Shown here in pieces: positions 24,852-34,106 of a stretch of 64,000 nt of DNA. The stretch's first letter is position 1, and each line of letters opens with the position of its first letter. The stretch spans positions 45,088 through 109,087 of the forward strand of contig JAUSJT010000004.1 of NCBI GenBank assembly GCA_030647485.1, written 5' to 3'. The translations under genes and the position numbers were made by a program. The notes beneath the pieces are model-generated. The model did no database searches and had not been told where the DNA came from. It saw nothing but the letters and a program-made list of their open reading frames with translations. Source of the DNA: a bacterium (GTDB taxonomy: Bacteria; Patescibacteriota; Minisyncoccia; Minisyncoccales; UBA10102).

Positions 24852-26684
24852 ATGGCGCAGAATATTAGAAACATTGCCATCATTGCCCATGTTGACCATG
24901 GGAAAACCACTCTGGTGGATGCTTTGCTGCGTCAATCAGAAGATTTTGCAACCAAGCAGGAGAACACCACGCTTATCATGGATTCCAACGAGTTGGAACG
25001 AGAGCGCGGAATTACCATTTTCTCCAAGAACGCGGCCATTAAATACAAGGATTTCAAGATTAATATTGTTGACACTCCTGGCCATGCAGACTTTGGAGGA
25101 GAGGTAGAACGCATTATGTCTATGGTGCAGGGCGTGCTGCTCTTGGTAGACGCCAAAGACGGTCCTATGCCTCAAACAAAGTTTGTATTGAAAAAGGCTT
25201 TGGAAGCGGGACACAAGGTTATTGTTGTTATTAACAAGATTGACCTGCCGCAGGCGAGAGCAGAATGGGTCTTGAACCAGACTTTTGACTTGTTTGTGGA
25301 GTTGGGGGCTTCCAGCCAGCAAGCAGAGTTTCCAGTGCTGTACGCTTCAGCCATTGCGGGAAAAGCAGGTTTTGAGCCGAGCCTAGAAAGCATGCAAGAC
25401 GTTCAGCCGCTGTTTGAAACTATTGTAAAAGAAATACCAGAACCAAAGATTGGAGAAGGTCCCACCCAGATGCTTGTGGTGAACGTTTCTTATGACAACT
25501 TCAAGGGGCAAATAGCAGTAGGATTTTTACATGCAGGGAGCTTGAAGAAAAATCAGCAGGTCATGCGTATTCAGACCAATGGGGAGAAGATGCCCTCAAA
25601 GGTTAGCGCAGTCATGACGTTTGACGGGCTGAATCGCAGGGAAATTGAGGAAGCGCAAGCAGGGGACATTATCGCAATAGCTGGTATTGAGGGAATCAGA
25701 ATAGGAGAAACCATTGCGGATTATGAGAACCCTATTGCCTTGCCCCCCATACATATTGACGAGCCTACGGTGAAAATGAATTTCTCGGTGAATACTTCTC
25801 CTTTTGCGGGCCAGGAAGGCCAATATTCTACTGCTAGATACCTGAAGGAGCGTTTGGAGCAAGAGCTTCTTAATGATGTTGCTTTGCGCGTGGATCCTTC
25901 TGGAAGTAATTCTGACTCTTCATTTGTGGTTTCAGGAAGGGGAGAGTTCCATTTGGCTATTTTAGTTGAGAAAATGCGCAGGGAAGGGTATGAGTTCCAG
26001 GTGGGAAAGCCCGAAGTCATTTTCAAAGAAAAAGACGGAGTTACAATAGAGCCGTTTGAAGATATGTATGTGGAATGCCCAGAGCAGTATGTGGGCACCG
26101 TCATTGAAAAAATGGGAAGCAGAAAAGGAGAAATGGTAGACATGAAGCAGGACCGCGGAATAGCTCACCTGCATTTTCTGGTTTCCACGAGAGGGCTTAT
26201 AGGTTATCGTTCCGAGTTTTTGACCGATACGAAAGGAGAAGGTATTTTCAATACACTGCTCCATGGATACAAACCCTCTGTGGGGCAAATAAAATCGCAA
26301 AGCCACGGTTCTCTTGTTGCTCATGAAACGGGATTGAGTAATTCGTATGGATTACTAAATGCCCAGAACAGGGGGCAGCTGTTTATAGGTCCCGCAGTGC
26401 CGGTGTACGAAGGCATGATAGTGGGGAAGAACGCAAAGCCCCAGGATTTGGTGGTGAACATATGCAAGGAGAAGAAGCTTTCTAATATGCGTTCAAGAGG
26501 AGAGGGTGTTTCAGAGCATTTTGACACTCCATTGGTGCTAAGTTTGGAGGAATGTATTGAATACTTGGGAGACGACGAACTTCTTGAGGTGACGCCAAAG
26601 AACTTGCGTTTGAGAAAAGCCATACTCACGGCCTTGGAGAGAAAGCGCGCGGGATTCCAAGAGGTTTTGGAATCAGGGGATTGA
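24852..26684 (+). CDS. typA: Translational GTPase TypA/BipA
   Basis: [21 protein letters not shown]; 610 aa with BipA-type C-terminal domain. Confidence 0.93.
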   Translation: MAQNIRNIAIIAHVDHGKTTLVDALLRQSEDFATKQENTTLIMDSNELERERGITIFSKNAAIKYKDFKINIVDTPGHADFGGEVERIMSMVQGVLLLVDAKDGPMPQTKFVLKKALEAGHKVIVVINKIDLPQARAEWVLNQTFDLFVELGASSQQAEFPVLYASAIAGKAGFEPSLESMQDVQPLFETIVKEIPEPKIGEGPTQMLVVNVSYDNFKGQIAVGFLHAGSLKKNQQVMRIQTNGEKMPSKVSAVMTFDGLNRREIEEAQAGDIIAIAGIEGIRIGETIADYENPIALPPIHIDEPTVKMNFSVNTSPFAGQEGQYSTARYLKERLEQELLNDVALRVDPSGSNSDSSFVVSGRGEFHLAILVEKMRREGYEFQVGKPEVIFKEKDGVTIEPFEDMYVECPEQYVGTVIEKMGSRKGEMVDMKQDRGIAHLHFLVSTRGLIGYRSEFLTDTKGEGIFNTLLHGYKPSVGQIKSQSHGSLVAHETGLSNSYGLLNAQNRGQLFIGPAVPVYEGMIVGKNAKPQDLVVNICKEKKLSNMRSRGEGVSEHFDTPLVLSLEECIEYLGDDELLEVTPKNLRLRKAILTALERKRAGFQEVLESGD

Positions 26685-26776
26685 CCTCTCTTTTGTGGTC
26701 TCTTGACAGCATGGTATACTATATCAAAAGGTCTTTTTCTCTCATACATAAATAAGGATAACAACATAGCTTCATT

Positions 26777-27829
26777 ATGAAGATATTCTCAATCTTTTCT
26801 GTGCTTGGGATTATGGGCGCTGTTTTGGTTTTTGGTTTCTTGCCCACGAACGGCATGGCTCAAGAAATGCAGGAAGGGCAAGTCCAGCCGCAGGAAAAAC
26901 AAACCCAGCAGCAAACTCCCCAGTCATTCTTTGAGGGAGAAGATCTGGGGCAAGAGGAGTTTGTTGATGTTGTAGATCCAAGAGAACTAAAACAGGTTGT
27001 GTCCCAGATTAACGATCTGAAGCGGCAAATTAAGCAAGTCCTCAAGAAGGCCCAGAAAGCTGTCGCATTTGCAAACGAGGTTAGCGAGCTCAACAACTTG
27101 CTTTCCGAAGTTGATAGATTCTCAAATACAATCAAGAATGCCGCTCCAGAAGATCAACGAGATGCGCTCCAGGAATTTTATGATGCCCAGCTTTGGGAAA
27201 CGCTCAATGGCATACGAACAAAGATTGAGTTGCCCCAGGAGTTAAAGTCTATTGAGAAAGACTTGAAAAGGCTGGAGAAGCTGATAGCGTCGAAAAAATT
27301 CTCCATTGAAAGGATTGACCTTACTGTAGTCAGAACAACAATTGAAGAGATTAAGAATGCTGTTACCCAAGCGCGTAGTGAATTCAACCAGGGCAATTTT
27401 GAAGATGCAAGAGAAGCGCTCCAAATAATTCATGAAGGTGCGCATCCCGGAGAAATTTACGGAGTTCTTCAGCAGTTGCGCGAGATGAACCAGCGGTTCA
27501 AGAGATTTACAACAGAAGTGAAAGACGTATTCCATGAAGCGCTAGAACCGGTATATGAAGCTGTGAATAGTGGTGATTTCAGGGAAGCAAACATGATGTT
27601 GCAGGATATAAGAAATGATCTGTGGCGGTTGTTTGATAAGGTGAAGGGAAAATCTCGCGTGAATGAAGATATGCAGCAAAAACTGCAAAAGCTTGAGGAA
27701 CGGTTGCAACAAAAGCAGCAGCAGATACAAGAAGAACAATCAGGGTCTGAGCCCCAAAGCTACCAGCCCTATCAGGCTTCAGTTCTTGATGCCCTTTCCA
27801 ATTGGCTGAGCAATATTTTTGGCAGGTAG
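26777..27829 (+). CDS. Secreted, Q/E-rich all-helical (coiled-coil) protein of unknown function
   Basis: N-terminal signal/TM, heptad-like helical sequence, Q-rich ends. Confidence 0.6.
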   Translation: MKIFSIFSVLGIMGAVLVFGFLPTNGMAQEMQEGQVQPQEKQTQQQTPQSFFEGEDLGQEEFVDVVDPRELKQVVSQINDLKRQIKQVLKKAQKAVAFANEVSELNNLLSEVDRFSNTIKNAAPEDQRDALQEFYDAQLWETLNGIRTKIELPQELKSIEKDLKRLEKLIASKKFSIERIDLTVVRTTIEEIKNAVTQARSEFNQGNFEDAREALQIIHEGAHPGEIYGVLQQLREMNQRFKRFTTEVKDVFHEALEPVYEAVNSGDFREANMMLQDIRNDLWRLFDKVKGKSRVNEDMQQKLQKLEERLQQKQQQIQEEQSGSEPQSYQPYQASVLDALSNWLSNIFGR

Positions 27830-27846
27830 TATGGTATACTGAAAGT

Positions 27847-28254
27847 ATGATGAAATCTGGACTTGCACTATATATGCTTTTGAGCTTTGTCGGTATGGCC
27901 GGCTTTGGGTTTTTGGCCATGAGCCCTCAAGGCGATATGCATGGGTGTGTTGCAGCACTTACTCGTGGTGGCGAATGCCCCGTGGGAAGTGATAGTTTTG
28001 CGTCTTTGACATTCCACGCAGGCGCGATAAAGGGTTTTTCTACTGCAACCGTGAATGCCGGCTTTCTCGCAATATTCTTCTTATTTGCCATATCCGTTCT
28101 AGCTTTTGTGCATAGAAATGATGAGAGTGTTGCAAAACCGTTTCTTGTGTCGTACTCCCGCTACAAGCAAGAGGTGCGGTTCTTTGCTTCTCCTCTCGCA
28201 CAACGAATTCAACGCTGGTTTTCTTTGCATGAAAACAGCCCCGCTGTTTTGTAA
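27847..28254 (+). CDS. Small membrane protein (hypothetical)
   Basis: Two hydrophobic segments; ATG 27847 preferred over 27802, which overlaps the upstream gene. Confidence 0.5.
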   Translation: MMKSGLALYMLLSFVGMAGFGFLAMSPQGDMHGCVAALTRGGECPVGSDSFASLTFHAGAIKGFSTATVNAGFLAIFFLFAISVLAFVHRNDESVAKPFLVSYSRYKQEVRFFASPLAQRIQRWFSLHENSPAVL

Positions 28255-28343
28255 GGCGGCGATAGAGAGCCATGGTCGCTTGGCTTTGTATCGTGCGTCT
28301 TTTTCCCTCTTGAGGGGTTTTGTTTTATTATGAACTAATATAT

Positions 28344-28844
28344 ATGAATAAGAATATCATTACGAGTATAGTAGTAGGAGCCGTGATATTTGCGGGCATT
28401 GTCTGGATTGCGCGGCCTGATGCAAAGGATCAAGAAGCCGCAGCAGTGCAGCAGAATTCTTCTGGAGTGTTAAGCATTGAAGATCAGGGCTTTGATTTTG
28501 GCACTATTTCCATGGCCGCGGGCCCAGTTACTCATGCCTTTGTAATTAAGAATACGGGCGCAGATCCCGTGAACATAAGCAAGATGTACACTTCATGCAT
28601 GTGCACCGTAGCCGTGTTGCAAAAAGGAGATAAAAAGTTTGGGCCGTACGGCATGCCGGGTCATGGCTTTATCCCTAAGATGAATGCGCAGATTGATCCG
28701 GGAGAGGAAGTGTCTGTGAATGTTACCTTTGATCCTGCGGCTCACGGTCCAGCTGGAGTGGGTAGTATTCAGCGTGCGGTTATTTTGGAGAATAACGCGG
28801 GAGAAAACGTAGAACTTCAGATAAGCGCAAATGTGAAGCCGTAA
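28344..28844 (+). CDS. DUF1573-domain secreted protein
   Basis: FDFGTISMAAGPVTHAFVIKNTGADPVNISKMYTSCMCT typical of DUF1573. Confidence 0.7.
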   Translation: MNKNIITSIVVGAVIFAGIVWIARPDAKDQEAAAVQQNSSGVLSIEDQGFDFGTISMAAGPVTHAFVIKNTGADPVNISKMYTSCMCTVAVLQKGDKKFGPYGMPGHGFIPKMNAQIDPGEEVSVNVTFDPAAHGPAGVGSIQRAVILENNAGENVELQISANVKP

Positions 28845-28848
28845 CCTT

Positions 28849-29631
28849 ATGAATAAAAAACTTGCAATTCTTGTCGGTGCTCTTCTGATATTCCTTGGCT
28901 TGGTAGTGTTTTTCAAGTCCGGAGGCGTTGGAACAGCCGCGCTCTGGAATCTTTCCAATGAAGGTACGTGGCTTTTGCCGTTAGTAGGGGTGTCCGCGCT
29001 TATTGACAGCATTAATCCTTGCGCATTCTCTATTCTCATCCTCACCATTGCGTTTCTGTTCAGCATAGGGAAGCTGCGCTCTAAAATTCTTCTTATAGGG
29101 GGCGTCTACATCTTGGGCATTTTCTTGGTTTACCTGCTTATAGGATTGGGGATTCTGCAGACCCTTCATTTCTTCAACACGCCGCATTTCATGGCAAAGG
29201 TTGGGGCATTTCTTCTTATGCTATTTGGCGTAATAAGCTTGATAAACGAGTTTTTTCCGGCGTTTCCCGTAAAGCTTCGCATTCCCCATGCAGCGCATCA
29301 GAAAATGGCAGAGTTAATGGAAAAGGGGTCTATTCCCACCGCATTTCTCTTGGGAGGATTGGTTGGGTTGTGCGAGTTTCCGTGCACCGGCGGGCCATAC
29401 CTTATGGTGCTGGGGCTGTTGCATGATCAGGTAACGTACCTGAAAGGATTGAGTTATCTCATTCTCTACAATCTCATCTTCGTTTTGCCATTAGCGCTTA
29501 TTCTTTTCATTGCGAGCAACAAAGCTCTCTTGGATAAGGTGCAGTCTTGGCAAAAAGAGAAGAGAATACTCATGCGCTTTGGCGGAGGAATTGCTATGAT
29601 AGCGTTAGGTTTGGTTATATTCTTTCTCTAA
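28849..29631 (+). CDS. CcdA/DsbD-like thiol-disulfide membrane transporter
   Basis: 6 TM-like segments with NPCAFSIL and CEFPCTGGPY Cys motifs. Confidence 0.6.
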   Translation: MNKKLAILVGALLIFLGLVVFFKSGGVGTAALWNLSNEGTWLLPLVGVSALIDSINPCAFSILILTIAFLFSIGKLRSKILLIGGVYILGIFLVYLLIGLGILQTLHFFNTPHFMAKVGAFLLMLFGVISLINEFFPAFPVKLRIPHAAHQKMAELMEKGSIPTAFLLGGLVGLCEFPCTGGPYLMVLGLLHDQVTYLKGLSYLILYNLIFVLPLALILFIASNKALLDKVQSWQKEKRILMRFGGGIAMIALGLVIFFL

Positions 29632-29637
29632 ACCACT

Positions 29638-30075
29638 ATGCTTACCATTGTTATAGCTTCAATCGTTGTGATTACGTGCGCTGCGTGGCTTGTCAATAAG
29701 GTTTTGCCTTTCAAGGTGTGCCCCATATGCGCTGGAGTGAGCGGAACATGGCTGTGGATGCTGGTCGCGTTATTCGTTGGGTATGAGATTGACCGCATCA
29801 TTGTAGCAATGCTGTTGGGAGGTTCGGTTGTGGGTATTGCATACCAGTTAGAAAAGCGTTTGCCTGCAGGACGTTCGCCTATTTTATGGAAGGCGCTGTT
29901 CATACCTGCGGGTTTTGTTGTTGCATACAGCTTGGTTTCGTTGCAATGGGCCTTGCTGGCAGTGTCTTTGGGAGTTGTGGGAGTTATCGTATGGGCGTTT
30001 GTCATGGCTGTTCCAAAACAGCGTGCAAACCAGAAAGTCGAGGAATTGAAACAAAAAATGGAGAACTGCTGCTGA
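29638..30075 (+). CDS. Membrane protein with CPIC motif in a TM helix (unknown family)
   Basis: 4 hydrophobic segments; VCPICAGVSGTWLW. Confidence 0.5.
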   Translation: MLTIVIASIVVITCAAWLVNKVLPFKVCPICAGVSGTWLWMLVALFVGYEIDRIIVAMLLGGSVVGIAYQLEKRLPAGRSPILWKALFIPAGFVVAYSLVSLQWALLAVSLGVVGVIVWAFVMAVPKQRANQKVEELKQKMENCC

Positions 30076-30076
30076 C

Positions 30077-30433
30077 ATGAGAAATGTGATTATTATCGTC
30101 GCCATTGGAGCGGTTATCGCGGGAGTTAGTTTTCTTGTTGTTAAGCCAGAGCAGCAGGTAGTAGCTGCGCTTGATTCTTTTGCCCAGTGCCTGGCGGACG
30201 AGAAAGTAATCATGTATGGAGCCGACTGGTGCCCGCATTGCCAGAATGAGAAAAAGGCGTTTGGAGGTTCGTTCCGTCTGGTGCCGTACGTGGAATGTCC
30301 GGACGATCCCCAGAGATGTTTGAAAGAAGGCATTACGGGGTACCCAACGTGGGTGTTTGCAGACGGCACAAGGTTGGCGGGAGAACAAGGTCTTGAAAAA
30401 TTATCAAAAGTAAGCGGGTGCCCGCTTCGTTAA
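30077..30433 (+). CDS. Membrane-anchored thioredoxin-like protein (WCPHC)
   Basis: N-terminal TM; MYGADWCPHCQNEK...GYPTW resembles the Trx-like domain fused to bacterial VKOR homologues. Confidence 0.7.
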   Translation: MRNVIIIVAIGAVIAGVSFLVVKPEQQVVAALDSFAQCLADEKVIMYGADWCPHCQNEKKAFGGSFRLVPYVECPDDPQRCLKEGITGYPTWVFADGTRLAGEQGLEKLSKVSGCPLR

Positions 30434-30456
30434 AGCGAGGCGAGTCAATTACCACA

Positions 30457-31347
30457 ATGAAACAAGATATTTCTTTTTGGATGAACATAGTGGTTGCGGC
30501 AGTGGTCGTTTCCGGCATATGGCTCTATGCAACGGGAGCGTTGGTGCTAGACGCAAATAAGGGAGAAGCGGAGAATGCTGTTGTAAAAACAGGAGATTTG
30601 GAAAGTCAGGTTCTGCCTGCAGATGGCATTGTTTTGCCAATTCAGTGGGGAGACCTTGGCATGCAAATGATGGAGACAGGGGTTATTGACGAGGAGAAGC
30701 TCACGGCGTTATACGAGAGCAGGGGCGGATTGCCAGAAGACATGAGAAAACTGTTGTACGAATCTGATACGCAAGAAGTTCGTATGACGTATGAAAACTC
30801 CGGCGTTCTTCTAAATTTGCTTTGGGGATTTGGCTTGGGCAACAAAAACAGCATTCTGGAAACAGGCCCCATGATGGACCCCAGATTTAACGGAGCAGGG
30901 AACTTTGCCTCTACCGGCGGCTGGACCCTGGCGAGAGGGAATGCCATGGATCATTACTCAAAGTATGCGTTTGTTGCGTTAACTCCAGAACAGCAGGCAT
31001 TGGTTGAGAGAGTCTCTCAAGGCATTTTTCGGCCGTGCTGCGGCAACTCCACATATTTCCCTGATTGCAATCATGGCATGGCAATGCTGGGACTTTTGGA
31101 GCTCCTGGCATATAACGGGGTGAGTGAAGAGGAGATGTACAGGGTTGCCCTTCAGGTAAACTCATACTGGTTCCCCGATACGTATTTGACCATTGCGTCA
31201 TATTTTGCCAAGCAGGGAGTTTCGTGGGACAAGGTATCTCCAAAAGAAGCGTTGGGAAACGAGTATTCCAGCGGATCTGGATACCAGAGAGTTCGTGCTC
31301 TCGTAGAACCCGTTCAGCAGCAGGGAGGAGGCGGTTGCGGGTTATAG
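30457..31347 (+). CDS. Extracytoplasmic protein with PCCGNSTYFPDCNHG motif and C-terminal GGGGCGL (unknown family)
   Basis: N-terminal TM; Cys/His cluster; start 30457 preferred to avoid overlap with the Trx gene. Confidence 0.55.
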   Translation: MKQDISFWMNIVVAAVVVSGIWLYATGALVLDANKGEAENAVVKTGDLESQVLPADGIVLPIQWGDLGMQMMETGVIDEEKLTALYESRGGLPEDMRKLLYESDTQEVRMTYENSGVLLNLLWGFGLGNKNSILETGPMMDPRFNGAGNFASTGGWTLARGNAMDHYSKYAFVALTPEQQALVERVSQGIFRPCCGNSTYFPDCNHGMAMLGLLELLAYNGVSEEEMYRVALQVNSYWFPDTYLTIASYFAKQGVSWDKVSPKEALGNEYSSGSGYQRVRALVEPVQQQGGGGCGL

Positions 31348-31349
31348 GG

Positions 31350-31378
31350 TTGACATGAATACCCCCAGGGGGTATCAT
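31350..31378 (+). promoter_or_regulatory. Promoter TTGACA-17-TATCAT containing a perfect CsoR-type operator ATACCCCC-A-GGGGGTAT
   Basis: TTGACA 31350-31355, TATCAT 31373-31378, palindrome 31359-31375; ATG 31385 is 6 nt downstream of the -10. Confidence 0.65.
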
Positions 31379-31384
31379 GAAGCC

Positions 31385-31654
31385 ATGAAGACGGTATCCA
31401 AAAAAAGAGCGCTCCACCGCTTAAAAATCATCGAGGGACAGTTGAGAGGGCTTCAGAAGATGGTGGAGGAAGATGTGTATTGCATTAATGTTATTCATCA
31501 ATCTCTTGCCGTAAAAGAGGCGCTTTCTGGCGTGGAAGATCTTCTTTTGGAACGCCATCTTGCAACACATGTAGCGGACCAAATGAAATCCGGCAAAGAA
31601 TCAAAAGCAGTAAAAGAAATTTTGGCAATTTATAAATTGTCAAAAAGAAAATAG
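31385..31654 (+). CDS. csoR: CsoR/RcnR-family metal-sensing repressor
   Basis: RLKIIEGQLRGLQKMVEEDVYCINVIHQ...H (DUF156 signature with Cys/His ligand positions). Confidence 0.8.
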   Translation: MKTVSKKRALHRLKIIEGQLRGLQKMVEEDVYCINVIHQSLAVKEALSGVEDLLLERHLATHVADQMKSGKESKAVKEILAIYKLSKRK

Positions 31655-31656
31655 GC

Positions 31657-31875
31657 ATGCTTAAAAACATCTGGCAAAAAATAAGACAAAATCATTTATT
31701 GTTGATGGCAGTTTGTTGTTTGGCGCCGGTTATACTGATCATTGGTTTTATCTCGTTATACAAAGACAGTAGTAATTATTGGATTTTGTTAATTATCTTG
31801 CTTTGTCCTTTTTTGCATATTTTGATGATGAGAGGGCATAAAAAGGTCGAGAAAAAAGAAGTAATTAAAAATTGA
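31657..31875 (+). CDS. DUF2933-like small membrane protein
   Basis: 72 aa; CCLAP...LLCPFLHILMMRGH. Confidence 0.55.
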   Translation: MLKNIWQKIRQNHLLLMAVCCLAPVILIIGFISLYKDSSNYWILLIILLCPFLHILMMRGHKKVEKKEVIKN

Positions 31876-31887
31876 ATTTTTAAAATT

Positions 31888-32061
31888 ATGTTTAATCTTT
31901 TTAAACAAAAATGCCCGACCTGTAAAATGGAGCTTGGAAAAGAAAAAGATTATCCTGAAGGGTTTGGCAAAAAGTTTTGTTCAGAAAACTGCAAGGAGGG
32001 ATATCGGAAACAGGTAGTCAAAGAACAGTCACGGCATTCTGGCGGCGGTTGCTGCCATTAA
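31888..32061 (+). CDS. TRASH/YHS-type zinc-ribbon metal-binding mini-protein (57 aa, below ORF-track cutoff)
   Basis: MFNLFKQKCPTCK...KKFCSENCKEGY...SGGGCCH: C-x2-C-x18-C-x3-C plus C-terminal GGGCCH. Confidence 0.5.
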   Translation: MFNLFKQKCPTCKMELGKEKDYPEGFGKKFCSENCKEGYRKQVVKEQSRHSGGGCCH

Positions 32062-32098
32062 AAGGTCGAACATATGATTAACCTTAGCTAAAAATTGT

Positions 32099-32299
32099 AT
32101 GAATCAAAACTTAGGCAAATTAGACAGAATTCTGCGGTTTGCGTTGGCAGTGTGGTGGCTTGGCCCGTGGGCTCCGCAGTTTGGCGCCGAATGGGCAAAC
32201 CTGCTTATTGCTGCCGTGGGTTGGATTTCCCTTGCCGAGAGTTTTCTGGGTTGGTGCTGGTTTCACCGTCTGCTTGGCATAGACAATAAAAATCAATAA
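32099..32299 (+). CDS. DUF2892 (YgaP-like) small membrane protein
   Basis: LGKLDRILRFALAV...GWISLAESFLGWCWFHRLLGI. Confidence 0.6.
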   Translation: MNQNLGKLDRILRFALAVWWLGPWAPQFGAEWANLLIAAVGWISLAESFLGWCWFHRLLGIDNKNQ

Positions 32300-33165
32300 T
32301 GGAACTCTTGCTAAGCGCGTCAATCATTGCGGCATTCGTAGCCGGGGTGGCCGCCCTTTTCGCGCCGTGCTGCATTACCGTACTCTTACCGTCGTACTTT
32401 GCTTCTATTTTTCGCGAACGACGCAAGGTGTTTGTGATGACTTTTATTTTCTTTCTGGGAATTCTCGCGGTTTTTCTACCGATTGGATTGGGGGCGGCGG
32501 CTCTCGGCAAATTCTTCAGTCAGTATCACAATGCGGTGTTTGGCGTCGGCGGTATTTTCCTTGCAGTGTTGGGCGTGATTCTTCTTACCGGCAAGCATTT
32601 TTCATTGCCGTTTCAGGTGCACCCGGCGCTTAAAAAGCATAACGCGGTTTCGGTATTTACGCTCGGCATATTTTCAGGAATTGCCACTACGTGCTGTGCG
32701 CCGGTGCTTGCGGGCGTGCTCGCCCTCGCCGCGCTTCCCGGATCGGTATTTTGGGGCGGCATCTACACCTTAAGCTATGTTTTTGGAATGGTAGCTCCGC
32801 TCTTTCTCATATCGCTTTTTCTTGACAAAATCAATTTTGAACAAAAGTTCCAGCAAGTCTTTAATAGGCCGATTCAATATCGATTGGGTAGCAAGGAAAT
32901 ACGCATTACTGTTTCCGAAGCAGTATCGGGCCTTACATTTCTTGCCATGGGCGTTTTGATTCTTTATCTTGCGTTTACCAATAGACTCTTTATGCAGGCC
33001 GGAGGATATCAAACAAGCATTAATATCTATCTTACAAAGGTCTTGCAATCAATAAGCGGGGTTGTGCAAGCAATTCCCGAATACGTATGGGCGTTTTCAT
33101 TAATTATCATTATTAGCGGAGTCGTCTGGCGCGTCGCTCACCAATTTAACAAAGAAAAACCATGA
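32299..33165 (+). CDS. CcdA-family cytochrome-c-biogenesis-type thiol transporter (second copy)
   Basis: FAPCCITVLLP, ATTCCAPVLAG; about 7 TM segments. Confidence 0.55.
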   Translation: MELLLSASIIAAFVAGVAALFAPCCITVLLPSYFASIFRERRKVFVMTFIFFLGILAVFLPIGLGAAALGKFFSQYHNAVFGVGGIFLAVLGVILLTGKHFSLPFQVHPALKKHNAVSVFTLGIFSGIATTCCAPVLAGVLALAALPGSVFWGGIYTLSYVFGMVAPLFLISLFLDKINFEQKFQQVFNRPIQYRLGSKEIRITVSEAVSGLTFLAMGVLILYLAFTNRLFMQAGGYQTSINIYLTKVLQSISGVVQAIPEYVWAFSLIIIISGVVWRVAHQFNKEKP

Positions 33166-33794
33166 ACCAAAAAATAAACGTTTCTACAATCATTATTGTA
33201 ACAGTTGTTGTTGCCGTAATAGGTCTTTTGGCTTGGGGCGGCAGCAAGAATAAAACTAGCGCGCCTGCGGTAGATCAGCATGGGATGCCTTTAGTCACCA
33301 ATACTTCTGCCACGCCGCTTAATAAATTAGTCAATAAATCGGCGCCTGACTTTACCTTAGTTGACAAAGATGAAAAAACATATTCTCTGAATGAATTGCG
33401 GGGTAAAAACATTATCCTTTTCTTTAACGAGGGGTTGATGTGTTATCCGGCATGCTGGAATCAAATTGTCGCGCTCGCCAAAGACGAGCGATTAAAGAAT
33501 ACCGGCACAGTTGTTTTATCAGTAGTTGTTGACCCGCCAGGGGAGTGGCAGAAAGCTATTAATCAAATGCCAGAGCTGGCCGAAGCAACGGTTGTGTTTG
33601 ATAAAAATGCGGTGATATCTAATAAATTCAGCATGCTCAAAACTCCGTCCTCAATGCATTATGGATCGCTTCCTGGGCATACTTTTGTACTGATTGATAA
33701 AGAGGGAGTAATCAAGCATATTTTTGATGACCCCAATATGAGCATCCACAATGACCAGCTGGTCGTAGAACTTAGTAAACTAAATCAAAACTAA
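33162..33794 (+). CDS. Membrane-anchored redoxin/AhpC-TSA-like thioredoxin-fold protein
   Basis: APDFTLVDKDEKTYSLNELRGKNIILFF...CYPACW. Confidence 0.6.
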   Translation: MNQKINVSTIIIVTVVVAVIGLLAWGGSKNKTSAPAVDQHGMPLVTNTSATPLNKLVNKSAPDFTLVDKDEKTYSLNELRGKNIILFFNEGLMCYPACWNQIVALAKDERLKNTGTVVLSVVVDPPGEWQKAINQMPELAEATVVFDKNAVISNKFSMLKTPSSMHYGSLPGHTFVLIDKEGVIKHIFDDPNMSIHNDQLVVELSKLNQN

Positions 33795-33798
33795 ATTT

Positions 33799-34095
33799 AT
33801 GAACAACGAAAAACATTACTGCCAAATAAATAAAAATGGCTTTGCTTTGGCCGCCGGAGGAGTGATGGGAGTTATTTATATTGTCTGTGCTGTATTTGTC
33901 GCCTTATGGCCAGGCTTTGCTTTGCAGCTTTTGGGCTGGCTTGTTCACCTGGTAAATGTAGAAAAGTTTGCCGGTGATGTTGCGATAACTTTTGGCGGTT
34001 TTCTAATAGGTCTGGTGCAGGCGGTACTGTACACCTACGTAGGCGTTTGGCTTATTGCATGGCTTCACAATAAATTCTGCGGATCGAATAAATAA
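33799..34095 (+). CDS. Small membrane protein (DUF5676-like?)
   Basis: 98 aa, three hydrophobic segments. Confidence 0.5.
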   Translation: MNNEKHYCQINKNGFALAAGGVMGVIYIVCAVFVALWPGFALQLLGWLVHLVNVEKFAGDVAITFGGFLIGLVQAVLYTYVGVWLIAWLHNKFCGSNK

Positions 34096-34106
34096 ATTTA
34101 ATACAT

